Of a stretch of DNA of 64,000 nt, positions 48,701 through 63,095 are shown one piece after another. The position numbers and the translations under genes are program-made. Every line of letters starts with the position of its first letter. Position 1 is the stretch's first letter. The notes under the pieces are model-generated. The model was not told the origin of the DNA. It was given only the letters and a program-made list of their open reading frames with translations, and did not search any database. The stretch comes from Phoronis australis (taxonomy: Eukaryota > Animalia > Phoronida), in NCBI GenBank assembly GCA_002633005.1, contig NMRA01000054.1:190952-254951 (forward strand). Reading direction: 5' to 3'.

Positions 48701-51355
48701 GCGCTTGAGTGCACAATACAAAGTCAATAGTGTTATACAGAGGGTTTCTGGTAAACGCAGAAACAAAACCTGATTGTTTACGATTTACCAGCCCACAGCT
48801 ACAGCCGAAATTTTGGGGTTTTGATGTTTGGACGTATGGAGTTATGTTCTGCGACAAGTAAAATGAGGGAGAAAATGTAAAATGTGCATAAAATAAGTAG
48901 ACGCACTGATGACCTTTAAAGAAACGTAATCGTCGTTATAAACCATAAATGAAATGCGCAAAAGGTTGACACATTGCACAAATTTCACAAGAGTTTTATC
49001 TCAGACAACACTTCAACAACACGAAATCTTTTCATTAAAGATAATTCAAATTCTTAGGTAAATGTATTTTTCTTTTGGATTTCATTTGTTTTTTGTTTTG
49101 CAATTTCCTACGTTTTTCACATCTTACGTGGTATCGCTTATATCAACCATCACCGTTAAACTCACACCACGGAATCGTACACAACAATCCATTAATTGTT
49201 GTAAAACTGAAAATGTATGTCGTTCTTCGGCACAATTGTGCAATGGCGTGCCAGACGCTATTTGGAGACAAGCTTACGCTACTCAGAGCGCAAGACTTAT
49301 TATATTTCCCTGTAGACGTTCTAGTTATACCTTCATCGCAGAATTTCCATACTAAATGAACTCTTAAATGGTCAATAAACTCTCGTCTTTTGTTAAAAAA
49401 AACTTTTTTGATTGAGACGCTTAACTGTTGTATATTCGGTCTCATCTTGTGATTGTAGGATTGAGCAGAACTAACACTTCGCTATTGTTTCAAACCAGGT
49501 CCATTAAGTTGCTTGTCACAGCTGTTAGTTTCAGTCGCCAAGGCAGCAACCCCATCTCCATCGATGACGACACATTACAAATTGTTATTGGTATTCTCTC
49601 TTGTCATTGCACCAACGCATTGACAAAAAAAAAATATATATATGCACAGCCAGACAGATATTCCCGCTCACGAAGAATTTATCTATTTTAAACGTGTTCA
49701 GCATGAAAGACATCGTTTACAACTTGTAAGTCGATCGTCAATGTCGATATCCATTTGCCACGTCCTTGTCTCTACATTGAAATCATATTTGTTAACCTTC
49801 CAATCTTTACACTCTAGTCTTTCGTCATTTGTCCACTTCATTGTTGTCACAGTAATTTTCAGTGAAGTCAAAACAAATTTAAAATAAACATTCTCAGTGA
49901 TTCGCATCGATATCTTCAAATGAGTGTCGAGAAATGGCAGTCGACAAAAAGGTTTTCCTTGGAGTAAGCTCAGCGTAAGATTGTTTTATTTGAAAAATTA
50001 TCGTAGAGAAAGCTACTCTTGTCCCATTGTTTGGAGCTAATGGTCAGATGTATTGTTGGCCTCAGTAATCAGCACACGTGGTGCTACATTCTTTCCCATT
50101 GCTACGAAAGGTAGCACAGTGCAATGTTGTTTATCATGGCTTCTCATTGGTTTAAGTAACGAAACCGATGTCATAACATTCATTCTTACCCATTGGTTGA
50201 AATCTGGGAAACCCCTTTCAGTTTATTATTACGTAGTATGGCGACCACTTTTGACTTGAATATTTCCAATTTATTAATTTATAAAACGGGCAGTGATCGA
50301 AGTAAACAAAATCCAGGGAACCCCAATCCCGTGGCTAAGTACAGTGCATAGAAGGAGTGTGCAAATAGTGGCGATGTGATCGATAAACTTCCAACCAAGC
50401 ATGCGCATCGATGCCCACACACGGAATTCCGTGTGTCGTTCATCATGTTTCCACAGTGCCACTTTTCAGTATAGTTGGCGGTGTGTCAGAGGGTAACGGG
50501 GTGTTGGGTATACAGCAGATGTTCTCATAGAGTGATTATTTTATTTTGGTTGAAATATTTTTAAATATTAGCAGGTTGTTGGTTTTCATATTAAACGATT
50601 TAGACTGTGCCCTTACCTTCTTGCCGTAAACTGTTACAAGGGACTAAAGGTTTAAGTTATCCATAATAGTGGGGTATCGCCACTCGGGTAACTTGTGTGT
50701 AAACAAGTTTTTAATGAAATCGTTGAAATTAGGTTCGTTGACCAGACTAATACGCAAATAAATTGGATGCTCATGTTGATAAGGAAGTAATGAACCCTCA
50801 AGGCTTTTCTTTTAGGCTGTCCGAAATGAGAGAACCAATTTCCTTTTGATTACTACAACATTTAAACCTGACGGACAAATGCTACTTGCAAATCTAGAAC
50901 TTTTCAACGTTTGACAGTGTAGATGTCGTTATTTCGTGCAAAATTCGCATGGAGGTCTTAATAAAATTACAGAACCTCAAAACGTCTAGCATACTGAACG
51001 GCACATCTATCAGACATTATTGTTGAATAAGTAAAATAGGTGTTGGAATATCGTGTAGTTACCGACGGTTAAAAATGTGAAATAGTATAAACCAGCGTCG
51101 GTACTAAGATGTATTAAAATATTGCCCACGTTTCGAGCGGTACGCTTTTTATCAACGGCATGGCACAGACTGCCCAATAGATAGTTACATATAAAGTTAG
51201 CACAGCTGACCGTATGGTCACACACAATAGTTAATAGGAACAGTGGGTTATGACAACTACCAGTCTTTTCATTAGACTTGTAGTCAGTGCTGTAGTGGTA
51301 AAATTAGAGGTAAGTAGGCGCCCAAAGCCCATCTTAGTCACCTTGAGCACTGATC

Positions 51356-52770
51356 GTAACACAACTTGTTGAAATAGTACATGAGATTCATTTACATTTT
51401 GAGAAGGGAGAGAGTGTCAGGTCCATTTTTCTAGATATAGCTTCTGCTTTCGACTGTGTCCCTCACGACCTTCTACTTCACAAACTTCGATCCTATGGCA
51501 TTACTGGTAATCTTTTAAACATGATCACCTCATATCTCTCCGAAAGAACATACAGTGTTCGTGTCGATGGCGTACTTTCAACTTTATCCCATCCTGGATT
51601 TGTAAACGCAGGTGTACCGCAGGGTAGCGTATTGGGCCCTCTTCTCTTCTTGGTTTATATTAATGACCTTCCTGATAACCTGTCATGTAGCACATACCTT
51701 TATGCAGATGACACGGCGCTTTTTTACCCCTTCGCAGGGAGCAGCCCTGAATGTTCTTTGCAGCTTCAACACGACTTAAATAAACTAAGCTATTGGTCAC
51801 AAGAATGGAGAATGAATTTTAAANNNNNNNNNNNNNNNNNNNNNNNNNNNNNNNNNNNNNNNNNNNNNNNNNNNNNNNNNNNNNNNNNNNNNNNNNNNNN
51901 NNNNNNNNNNNNNNNNNNNNNNNNNNNNNNNNNNNNNNNNNNNNNNNNNNNNNNNNNNNNNNNNNNNNNNNNNNNNNNNNNNNNNNNNNNNNNNNNNNNN
52001 NNNNNNNNNNNNNNNNNNNNNNNNNNNNNNNNNNNNNNNNNNNNNNNNNNNNNNNNNNNNNNNNNNNNNNNNNNNNNNNNNNNNNNNNNNNNNNNNNNNN
52101 NNNNNNNNNNNNNNNNNNNNNNNNNNNNNNNNNNNNNNNNNNNNNNNNNNNNNNNNNNNNNNNNNNNNNNNNNNNNNNNNNNNNNNNNNNNNNNNNNNNN
52201 NNNNNNNNNNNNNNNNNNNNNNNNNNNNNNNNNNNNNNNNNNNNNNNNNNNNNNNNNNNNNNNNNNNNNNNNNNNNNNNNNNNNNNNNNNNNNNNNNNNN
52301 NNNNNNNNNNNNNNNNNNNNNNNNNNNNNNNNNNNNNNNNNNNNNNNNNNNNNNNNNNNNNNNNNNNNNNNNNNNNNNNNNNNNNNNNNNNNNNNNNNNN
52401 NNNNNNNNNNNNNNNNNNNNNNNNNNNNNNNNNNNNNNNNNNNNNNNNNNNNNNNNNNNNNNNNNNNNNNNNNNNNNNNNNNNNNNNNNNNNNNNNNNNN
52501 NNNNNNNNNNNNNNNNNNNNNNNNNNNNNNNNNNNNNNNNNNNNGCAAATTTTTATGTACCGTTTATCAATATTGTTGCATCTGATTTCCTTACATGAAT
52601 CTGTAAATATTTTTGTTTTTATATATCTGTAATAGCATGTCTAAGTATTGGAATACTTATTTTAGATACTACTTAATTGTATATACCTCTATGTATATTA
52701 GTTTCATTTATGAATTGTTTACAACCCAGATATAATGCTTCGCGGTTTCTGGGTTTGTTATTATTTCTTT
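51356..52770 (+). mobile_element. 5'-truncated CR1/L2-group non-LTR retrotransposon (RT fragment and 3' end), interrupted by an assembly gap
   Basis: Open frame 51359-51823 with FLDIASAFDCVPH, GVPQGSVLGPLLFLVYINDL and YADD. After the gap there is an AT-rich 3' UTR with a terminal stem-loop aacccaga...tctgggtt (52723-52755). Confidence 0.88.
51824..52544. other. Assembly gap (721 N)
   Basis: Run of N. Confidence 1.
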
Positions 52771-52924
52771 GTATCGTAACTTACGGTGCGTAGGCGTTAC
52801 GTTCAAATGCCAAAAGGTGGTTGGCTGCGCCTAGGTGCTCCTACGCCCTACTACAGCACTGCTTGTAGTGAGATTAAGACCTATGTCCCCGTTGTTTAAA
52901 CCTACTGACTCTGGCTATGAATTC

Positions 52925-53192
52925 CGTGCGCTCACCAAGGGGGGCTCGGGGGGCTCGAATGAGCCCCATTTGGCGAAGTGGGTAAAAAGGTCCACCTCAG
53001 AGATACAAAAAGTCGGAGAAAACGAGACAAAAGTCCACTAAAAAGGCGCAGACGCACAGCTCACAGACCTGAAGGTGGTACCCCGTTTTTTTAGTCCTCC
53101 CGCTTTTTTGTTAGCAAAAGGTCCACTTTGTCAGAGATTCGATCCCCGCCCCCCTCCCCCCCCCCCAATATTAAAGGCTGGGTGCGCGCATG
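52925..53192. mobile_element. GC-rich MITE with aattc TSD
   Basis: Ends cgtgcgctcacc / ggtgcgcgcatg match at 10 of 12 when inverted. G/C runs are subterminal. aattc flanks both sides (an overlapping 8-bp atgaattc is also duplicated). Confidence 0.65.
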
Positions 53193-56100
53193 AATTCGCC
53201 CTCGCACTTTCTCCGCGGGTGGATGTCAGGCTACCAGCCAACTGCCAGTACATAAAGGTCATTGATAGTGTGTACCGGGAGATAGAAATTATTCCGTCTT
53301 GCTTTGCAGGATCGTCTGTCTATGGCCGTTCATTCTCGTTCGTAATGTGTTACGAGTCTCCCCACGTGTATTACCATGCGGTCGTCTGCGCTACTTTAAA
53401 TGTGTATCTTCGTAGTTTGTGTCGTGCCCTTAAAGAGCGTACCACTCGAAACGTGGTGATTATTTCAATATATTTTAGTACCGACGCTCGTCGTTTTACT
53501 TAATACTATTATTGTGGAGTGCTCCCACGGTGACGAGACTGCGCGAAAAGCCATATTTGTACTAGCAATTCCCAGATCAACATTGCAGTTGAATTAGCTA
53601 TGACGTAAGTGATCAACGTCTATATTACTAGTCCTTTCACTTCATTAATACCGCTCAGCTGTCAGTCACAACCTCAGTCGGCTGTCTCATTTTTCAAAAT
53701 CAAACTGTACTTAAAGACTAGTGATTAAAAGAGAAGACGCTAGCTATGTACACATTCAAGTTCGGGTTTGGATGACAAGTCAGACGAATCAACTTCAACG
53801 TCTTGTCAAAACGGCACACTGTCCTTTCAATAATAAAAATACCCGTTAAACTGAAATGGAAAATAAATGCCTACAAAAATCTCGTCTGACGCATCCTAAA
53901 AGTCAAACGGGTTAAGATTATGGTAATCATGTCATATCACTGAGTTTACTAAATTAACACACATTATTTTGAATAAGAAAACGTTGGAAGAACGCTGATC
54001 TGAACTGCCAGATATCGCAGTTCTAAAACAGTCTTTTTTCCTGGTAACGCCCCATTGACCTGATTTTTTAATGTTTTACATCGTTTTGCACATTCGAAAA
54101 TTCATGCCGATCCTTGTTCTACTCCCGTTCTCATCTTTCTCGTCCATAACTGTTTAGTTTTAGTCGGTGTTCACTGTTTCCACATACACGCGTACGCCTG
54201 AACACGTCACCCACGTACACAAACAAACACACACGCATGCACACGGGTACAAATTCACAGACAAAATCAAAGCCTGTAAAAACTTCTTTGGTAGAACTAA
54301 CTATTCGTTAGGCAAATTTGTGCATTCAAACAAATGTCTACAGAACTTCAAAATTTAACTCATGATTTGTAGAAAGCTAGATGAATTTGATTTTTGGCTT
54401 TATACCAATCTACTATAGATTGGACAACGTGATCATGTCTTGTAGTAATCGGAAAAAGATACACTCATGGCAATCAGAATATCATAATCAAACTTGGTTT
54501 AATATGAAATTGCAACATGAAATCTCAAAAACGCTTTTATAGTTTTCTATTTAGCATTTCTTTTTCGTCTTATGGACCTTTAAAATTTTGTTCATGCAAA
54601 TCATCAAGTCATGTTGCAGGGTCGCAGGAAGTTGAGGAGTTCGTGGGGCAAGTGTGCCCCCAATCGTTTGCAGCCGTCAGGGTAAACCCGTGGCGACGGC
54701 ATAAGCCTAGGTCCTGTGGTTTAAAGGAAACAAAGGTACAGGGAAACATATAGAAAAGGAACAGTTTAAGCGAACATTTGTTAACTCACAATGCTGGATT
54801 TACCATTTGGGGGTCCTAGAGATGATATTTTTTGTTACGGGGGTCCCAGTTTTATTGCAGTATAGGTCCTCTAAACGTATTCGAAAAAGTGCACTCGATC
54901 AACAGATTTTGAAAATGTCCGAGAAAAATGTTAATGCACATATTTCCAAGCTCAAAAATGATTAGGATTTTCAAATTCAAGAAAATAGTTTCCAGGGAAT
55001 GCAATTTTTTCTCCACTGACAGCTATTTACCCTCCTCTGGCAAAGGCAATGGAGTCATCTGTCGCTCTCTTTTTCCGTTTTTTTTTTTGAAATTGCACAT
55101 CGTTGAATGTCAATTGGGAGCCTGTGGGAGAATAGCCCGGATGATATCATCAATTGCTGCTCGTTTCCTGAAAATGTACATCCGTTCCTATTCAGGAGCC
55201 CCAGTTCTTGTGAAGTAAGTGTTCAAAAGGGAGGCAACGATGAAATCAATTCTCTATCTTATTCTGCATTATTGAAACAGCTCCATTAAGTAAAGTCACT
55301 TCTTGAAGATTCACCAAGTGAGGGATTTTAACTGTAAATATTTTCCGCGTTTTTAGTGATATGGCCGTTCATATCAAAGGGATCGCCTTTCAGGCGGCGT
55401 CATCTCTTGGAGGGGCATCCCGTGGCAGTTGTCCCTTTGCCCCCTAAAATCCCAATCTGTCAACTATTCACGAAGGGTAGTATTTAGATAGAACTTCAAC
55501 TAGTTTGAGAAAACCCCAAAACATCTTCATGTGAAGTAAAAATGCAGTCTGGATAACTAAATTGTATTGACACAAGCAATAATAACGCCAATTGGTTGGA
55601 ATTTGATGAAATTGGAGACCACTATTTGTGAAATATCTGAAAATATTCCTGATGGTTTTGCTACGATAAACGAGTTTCAAGTATTATTGATGAAGAGGGA
55701 TTGTTCGTCGACCAAAATGTCGGAAAAGTGTGTTTTTTGATGACCGTATAAAGCGTTCATGTCCAAGGGACTAAGATGATATATATGCATGTACATTAAA
55801 CCGTAAGCAACGATTTCTGCGATTCTTGGAGTGCATGAACCGTAGCAGACTGGACATTGGAATGAATCGGAATTCACGTCACCACAAATAAATTCTGAGA
55901 ATTTCTTTGGGAGGGCCCCTGAACCTCTTTGGATCCCTCGTCTCGTTCTCCCGGTTGTCAGTCAAGTAAACCATGCATGCCTAAAAAAACTATACCGTTG
56001 TAAAGCGTCTTGCAACTATAACCCTCCGCGCTGGTGTGCTTAGTACAATGTTACCAAGTAAGAGCAGTAGGGGGTTATTTTCTTCTAGTGACCATGGTTT

Positions 56101-56749
56101 CCGATTCAACTGATTGATCGATCATTTTTTTTTTTTGATTTTTGTCAAATATAGAACCCAATCTTTTAAGAAACTGTTGGCGTTTCAGGGAAATTAGTTG
56201 CAGGCTGAAATTCGAAAAACTGTGCCATCCGACCTGCGAGTAGCAAAGTGCACTAGATGATTTAAAGTAACCTCCCAATAAATTGGCATTTTGGTGAATT
56301 TTGACGTAAGCTGGAGATAATTAATCTTGCAGCGGTGGAAGCAGATTCTTGACTAATTTAATTTTCACTTGTGTCAAACTAAACCATAGCTGTTTCATGT
56401 CTTCTTGAGTATAATGATTGATAAGCGGGTAGGTAAATGGAGAAAAAAATAGTGTGACGACAATATATCCAACTGTATTGTAAAATGATTGCTATCCTAT
56501 CGACATTTACTCAGAAATATTATACGTAGTGGAAGAACCACGTCGTGGCAACAAACATGTTTGGGTACTGGAGTAGGCCTATCCAAGCTTTTGAGTAATG
56601 CCGTCTGAATCTAATTTTGTTTCTGTTGAAAGCGCTCTGCATTACATGTATGCATATGTATATCTGTATACGTATCCACGCATACGGAAACTTGGGGTTG
56701 GCGCCATATCAAGGGTTTGGTGGTTACCTTCCGCATTCATACCGCGTTC

Positions 56750-57245
56750 AGATGTAGAGTTTTATGAGAAGGCAGACGGACATCTGATTAGAAAGGAGGC
56801 ACACCAGCCGCATAAAGCAAGCGTTCACACAGTCCATCTGTACTCTTACACGTAACTAACATCATAGCAGGCGCAAAATGCTAATGTTCCGGCCATTCAC
56901 ATGGGATAGCCTAGCCACAAATTCCACCATAAGAATGTAGATTTTCTAATACCGGGTTCACATGTAGAATTTCCCTAAGAAGGCAGATGGAACATCCAAT
57001 TTGAAACAAGCGTTCACATAGGCGTCCTGTTTGCCGCCTTACGGGTATTTAACGTAACAATAATACTAACGCCCAAAACGCTATTGTTGTGACCGAGCAC
57101 TTGTGATCACCATGGGCATGTGGAGCCTAACCCCAAATTACGTCATTGAAATTTAGACTTCTCACGATAATAAAGCTCATCTGCACCTGATTTGGGTCGG
57201 ATATATAAGAAGACAGATCAGCCGTTTCACGAGCGTTCGCATGAG
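56750..57245. repeat. Degenerate tandem repeat, ~200-240-bp unit, ~2.3 copies
   Basis: atgtagag...gaaggcaga..acatc...caagcgttcaca...caaaa.gcta.tgtt...agccta.cc.caaatt recurs at ~56752 and ~56962, with a partial third copy at ~57207. Confidence 0.65.
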
Positions 57246-57635
57246 AAATTGTTTTGTGACAACTGACCAAACGTGCGATTTGCCCTTTGATCAGATAGCA
57301 TGTGAACGCTCTTTTAGTCTAACTGGGCCCTATTGGAGTGTTGAAGTTAATCCTTTTCATTGAACTTTGTGTTGTGATTTCCTTTTGTTATTTTCAACAT
57401 CTTAAGCTTCTGCTGTTGAAAGTGTCATTTTATTAAAAACAAACTCTTTTATATAGATATTTGACAAATCGTTGTATTTAAGGCGCAAACGTTATACATA
57501 TTATTTGATAAGCCCCTCCAAATGAGGTCTACGTGGTACATATTCAGTTGTCTGAAGTATTTTAGAAAGAGTTCTCATTTTGATTTATGTCAGTATTTTA
57601 TAACAAGCGATAAACGAAGGTGATGTTTTTTTAAA

Positions 57636-57793
57636 CATTGTCGGATTTAGGGGGGCAAGGGGGCCATGCCCCCCCCCTAAAATTCTCACAGATTCCATTT
57701 GGCAGTTCGGGGGTGCGAATGTCTCACGTTCAAAATCCTGGCTAATACTCTGCTGCTCCCCCGCCCCAACTCAAAATCCTGGATCCTCCCCTG
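57636..57793. mobile_element. Short hAT-like MITE remnant
   Basis: cattgtcggattt-G-run...C-run...ggatcctcccctg ends, typical of CAGGGGCGGATCC-type MITEs. TSD not clear. Confidence 0.5.
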
Positions 57794-60700
57794 TAAAAAG
57801 TAGCATTAAAGATCTCGAGCGCTTTCGGATTACATATGAACCGATACAGAGCAGATTTTATCTTCTACGTAACAATCAAAAACTTGACCAACAGTCTGTA
57901 AAGAATATGCAGCTATTGATTCATCGGAGTTGTGAATAATAACACTTCAAACGCTAAATTGCAAATAACATTTCGGCGTCTAAACCATCTAATCTTTTTT
58001 CTTTTTATCAGACAAATTATGAATCATAAAAGTTGAATGCGTTAGATTCCACTTCCGGTGCACGTGTCACTGATGTATGTCAATGATTAGACCAATGAGT
58101 AGATAAAAGTGAACCTCCTGGGCTGCTTTCCGTGGATGCAAAACATTCGTAAAGCACTTACGGCAAGACATTTTTGCTTTGTATAGAACGGACCGTGTGA
58201 ATTTTATCCCATAATTCAACATTCCAACCTCGACTGGCCAATTACTTCATTGGCCGCCATTTTGATATAGTACGTTAGTAGAGTGACGTCACGAGAATAC
58301 TTGCGAAACACTCGCATTTCACTCGCGTGTTTTTGCGTGGCATTGCTTGTTCTTTTCCTTTTCTCTTGTGACTAAAGAACAAACCTCTGAAATACTCTTG
58401 GACCAGAATGGTGCTGCCAATGACGGTGGCATGACACCAGGAATTTATGACACGTGCCCCCTTCTGACCGCACCAAGGCCAGGAATTAAGGATAATGTAG
58501 TCTTACAGATTTCGAGGTCACATTTTACTGTTTGAAACGTCCCACACCTTCTGTTCAGTCATGTACCTACATTTAATAAGTTATGATAATGACAGTGAGG
58601 ATAGTAATGATGATACTGAGAGTGACGAAAATGGTAGAAATGGTCACCTTGGCGACGTTGACGATGAATATAACGATGGTGCTTAGTCGTAATTCTATCA
58701 AATTTTATATGTTTCAAAACAGACGGAACAGCCATCAACACGTTTTGACGGGTACGTTCTGTTTGCCTTGTCAGAACTTTTAAAATGTCTACTACATGTA
58801 CAATAGCAACAAAGATAGTGAAACTGATGAGAAGCATTGCAGTGTAAACGCCAATGGTGGTGACAGTGACGAATACCAAGACTAAAAGAGTGGTCGATGT
58901 TTAGGTTGATTGAGTTTTTTCACCTGACTACGACTTAATACGAAATCAGATTTAAATGTTCCAAAGGGACTCGAAATTAGCAACACTAACGTTTTATCAG
59001 GTTGATAGATACGTGGTAGACAGGTGTTATGAGCGGACAGTGGACGTGATAGAAGGTCATAATGAAAAAAAAATGTGACGACAGTTAATTTTTATTTCGC
59101 CTCCTTTGGAAATCTGTCAAAGGTAGATAAATAAGGTTTTAATCAAAGTCATAAAGGTGTACATGGCACTGATATTGCCGCAAGGGAATGTCGAGGAAAT
59201 CGGGAAATAACATCCATTTTAACTTCATGTTGTTTTAATTAAGAAAACGGAAATCTGCGATTTCTTAATTCCATATCATTAGATGAATATCCCAGTATCT
59301 GAAGACCGTTTATTGACTTTGGGGAAAAGATGTCCCAACCAACCGCCCTCTAATTATCTTAGCACTTCTACGAAAATTATTAAACCTTGAACGCCGTGTG
59401 GCTAACGAGATTTGTTGTTGTTGTTGATTTTCGTGAATGTCTACATGTTGAATATGTTTACAAATTGGCACTGACTTGCTCTTCTTGAATTGGGTTTGAA
59501 ACGGTAAAGGTTTCATTTTGTGCATACGTGCGTATTTATTGTAAAGACCTTAAGAGCTTTGTTGAAACGTTTGGTATCTGTACATCTCCAAAAGTCTCCG
59601 AACTGTTGATTCCATTGTTCATAACATAAAGACCAACAAAATAGCACTATCCCATTCGAAAGCGCAGATTCAAACATCTGACATAAATCCGTGTCGGTAA
59701 ACAATGCAATAAACCACGTTGAGTATATTTCGAAGACGACTTGTTTAACAACTCTCCTTGAGTTTTTACAACATATCTAGCTGATTTGACGTAAACGTAC
59801 TAACATTCATGCTTAATGACTGCTAACATTCGTGTGATTTCACCATTTCGAGTCTATTACAAAAGCTTCAGACCGCACGGAAAGGATTTCCGGATATTAA
59901 ATAACGACTCAAACGAGCCGAGTTAATTGGTTATCGAAGAAACAATCAACGAATTGATTTTAAATCTTTTTGTAACTACTATAGAGAATGCTTACAAAAT
60001 GTAGGAAATTGGTAATCGCGTTTTACATTCAGAATGCGCTACAAAGGCTAGATGATTACAATAGCCTGGTGTTAGTTGGTGTTGCGTTCGCCATGTTGTA
60101 AAGAATGAGAAACAATAAGAAATCATGAGAATCATTAAGTACTTTAAAAGTCCCTGAATTTGTATAATTGCTACCTGTTTACTCGCATCGAAGTAAAATT
60201 GGACTTCTGACTGCTTGGAATAATACGGTAAGTCTCCGCATATTTAGCATACAACATGGCCGATAAGTGAAATTCTATTTTGTCAAATTTCTTCACAAAA
60301 ATGACGATTGAAGAAAATTTTACTCCATGACTAGCATAATTTATACTGTGCAGATGCCATAAAACAAGTTTTAGTAAAATTCCCTTTAACTACAGTAAAT
60401 TAGTCAGCCGCTGTCCGTAAAAATATCAATGAGAGCCGGATCCCAGGTTTCGCGGAATCTAAATTCATCTAACCCCAGCAGTAAGACCCAGCGCTTTCAC
60501 AACGTCGGAATATACATTTCAATAAGTTTACAAACGATTTAATTATATTTTAAATGTCAACTTTTTAACCAGGACAATGACTATTAAAGAAGGCACTCCA
60601 TGAGGCTTTAACAGCTAACAAATCCATTTGTGTGTCCAGACATCGAATGTTTGCTATAAATTATCCTAAAAGCCCTTGGGAAACATACCTGTGACTGGCA

Positions 60701-63018
60701 TGCTTCGTGATTAAATAATTCGTTTATTGATAAGCCGGCACGTTTCTCGTCAAAACGCTGTTCACCTTTTAAATGTTTGCATAGTATCGCAAAATCCCAC
60801 GTCGAACAGCGCTGACTATTGCGACTCAGGAACAACCTGCAAGAGGCGTGTCAAGGACATCATAATTTGTCACGACCTTTGATGGCGCGAACTCGTGTCA
60901 CGCCTTTTGGTTGATGCCGTTTTATTACCATCAGATTAAATCATAAATGCCGCTCTGGTTCAGTAGCAACTTTTGTTGCTCGTTGTTCAAATACCGAGAC
61001 AGCAAGCACCCGCACAACCACTAAGTGACACGTTTGACATAACCATAAAACTTAATGCGAAAATATGATCAACACAAACTAATTTCTAGTGTAAAATGAG
61101 AATATGGAGTGCAGTCCAAACAAATCGTAATACTATTAAGTCATTAAGTTAAAGTTCCGATTTACCATTTTACGCACAGTAAAACGTCTTAGACATGCCT
61201 GCGCACAGACGTTTGTCCCCCATTCATAACTGAGGACAAGAAGTCTCGGTGACAGCTTTATAGTACGTTGATTGTTGCAAAGTAGATACTTGATGAATTT
61301 CGATAGAAATGATCATTGAACGAAATCCTATGATGAAGGAAATGTTATGCTTCTAATGTTCAACAGCCAGGTTGTAAAAATTGCAGTAACTTTTATTAAT
61401 GCGTAGGCGGATTCAGGGCGCCTATCCCGTCCGAACGGAAACGCATGAAAGGGCGAAAAAAAAATCGGTTTTATGGCCTACGGGGACATTTTTCTCGAAA
61501 TTGTGTTTGGGGCCACCCTTATGACATGAGAGTAGAACAGTTATTGCTTGGACAAGAGCTCAATTTAATTAGTTCTGACCGTTGGAGAGTTTTTCGTACG
61601 TAGCAAAAGATTAAGTAAACTAGTGCAATTTCATAATTCAAAATAGAACTCCAGTGGTCATGTATATTTAACTCAGTAATCGTCTTCATCGGTAATCGAG
61701 CAGGATTTCCAGCGCCGATGTACCAAATTACATGATTGCATACAGATCTGAACAAAATGACTGGTGAAAATGTACAATTTGTTACAGTGGTTGAATTCAC
61801 CATTGTTTTCCATGGATTGTAATGAACACGTGCTTTCGCCAACAACCTGGTGTAATCAGGGGTTTTATTCAAGGAACTATTGATTGCCCTAATCTTATCT
61901 GACCTCCTTTTATTCGCTTCCAATTAAATATCCATAACGATATAAAACGATTAATTAGTCTTTATACAAATCTCATACCGTATAGTTATCTTTGAATTGA
62001 TTAAAAACGCGCCTGCCTGAAATGTCTAGAAATTCAAGTTAGGAAACGTTGTCAATTCCGAGGTGTGAAGAATACAAAGTCTGGACAGAGTCGTACGAAA
62101 GAATGTATTGAATGCCTCATTTTTGTCGGAAGCTAAACCTTTCTCATCCAGAACACCTTCTTGTGAAACTGGGAGTTAGTTTAATTGCACTCTTTCCACA
62201 TCGCCCGTTTTGAAAATCAGAGTTTCCTCTGGCCAACAATCCAATATGTTTTAAAGACTATTCGAAAAATTAAACGTTGTATATCTTCCTTTATTTTAAC
62301 ACTGATTTGGTATTTAAAACTCTTAGTACACGTGTAAATTTCGAAATGGCGTTCTGTAGCGCTTAACACCCGCGAGACATATGCGGCGTGAAATTTTGCT
62401 TTATGCAACGGAAATGGTCACTTGATGTTAAGCTTCCCCCACAGTTCATCATTCCAATCTCCCCAACCATGATTTTAGGTATTTAACTTCAACGTTATGT
62501 TGTACTGTGATCAATATCTGTTGGACTCCAAGAGGAATACCGAGGTAATTTATCAAGAATCAAGAACGCCTAGGTTTACGACCAGAAAAACAAATAGGTA
62601 TATAAAATGAACTGGAAGATGACCAGACAGAAAACCGCCATTGCCGTGGACTTCGGTCCATCACACGCCCGCTGAAAAAATAATTATATCGTGTTTAAAG
62701 TGCATTATTTAGAAGTGTGTTTGGTCTAATTTAATTCATCAATACGAATCGTTTTGTGCGAGGTAATTAAATTGTAATGACGAAGGAGTGTGATCTCTTC
62801 GTTAATTGTAAAACTTCAAAAGCAGTTTTAACCAACATACTGATACTATTGTCTTTAGCATTGCCCCCAGTCTTCCTCGGTATTCGTAATGCCTCATACA
62901 TTGTAAGCCTCGCTTTCATTGCTAACCTGCGATCAATTCTTGCATGGATATTTTGCGGGGTAAGGAGAGGATTAAGCGCTTGCTGCATTAGTGAAACAAG
63001 TTAGAAACATCGTACTTG

Positions 63019-63021
<3 letters not shown>

Positions 63022-63092
<71 letters not shown>
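63022..63092. repeat. (AG)n microsatellite, ~35 units
   Basis: Perfect dinucleotide run. Confidence 0.98.

Positions 63093-63095
<3 letters not shown>

Noticed and set aside
48504-48773. ORF with DLAMLRLS...NSVIQRV, reminiscent of a trypsin DIALL motif
   Set aside because: Single short motif, weak acceptor, and no His or Ser catalytic motifs found nearby.
51790-52585. Long ORFs of 252 and 354 aa in the ORF track
   Set aside because: Artefacts of translating the N gap. Only 51359-51823 is real RT sequence.
58560-58890. D/N-rich short ORFs and antisense H-rich ORF
   Set aside because: Best explained as a decayed (GAT/ATG)n trinucleotide region.
61519-63004. ORFs of 134, 73 and 75 aa near the window end
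   Set aside because: No recognisable motifs or convincing splice signals; lengths are compatible with chance.
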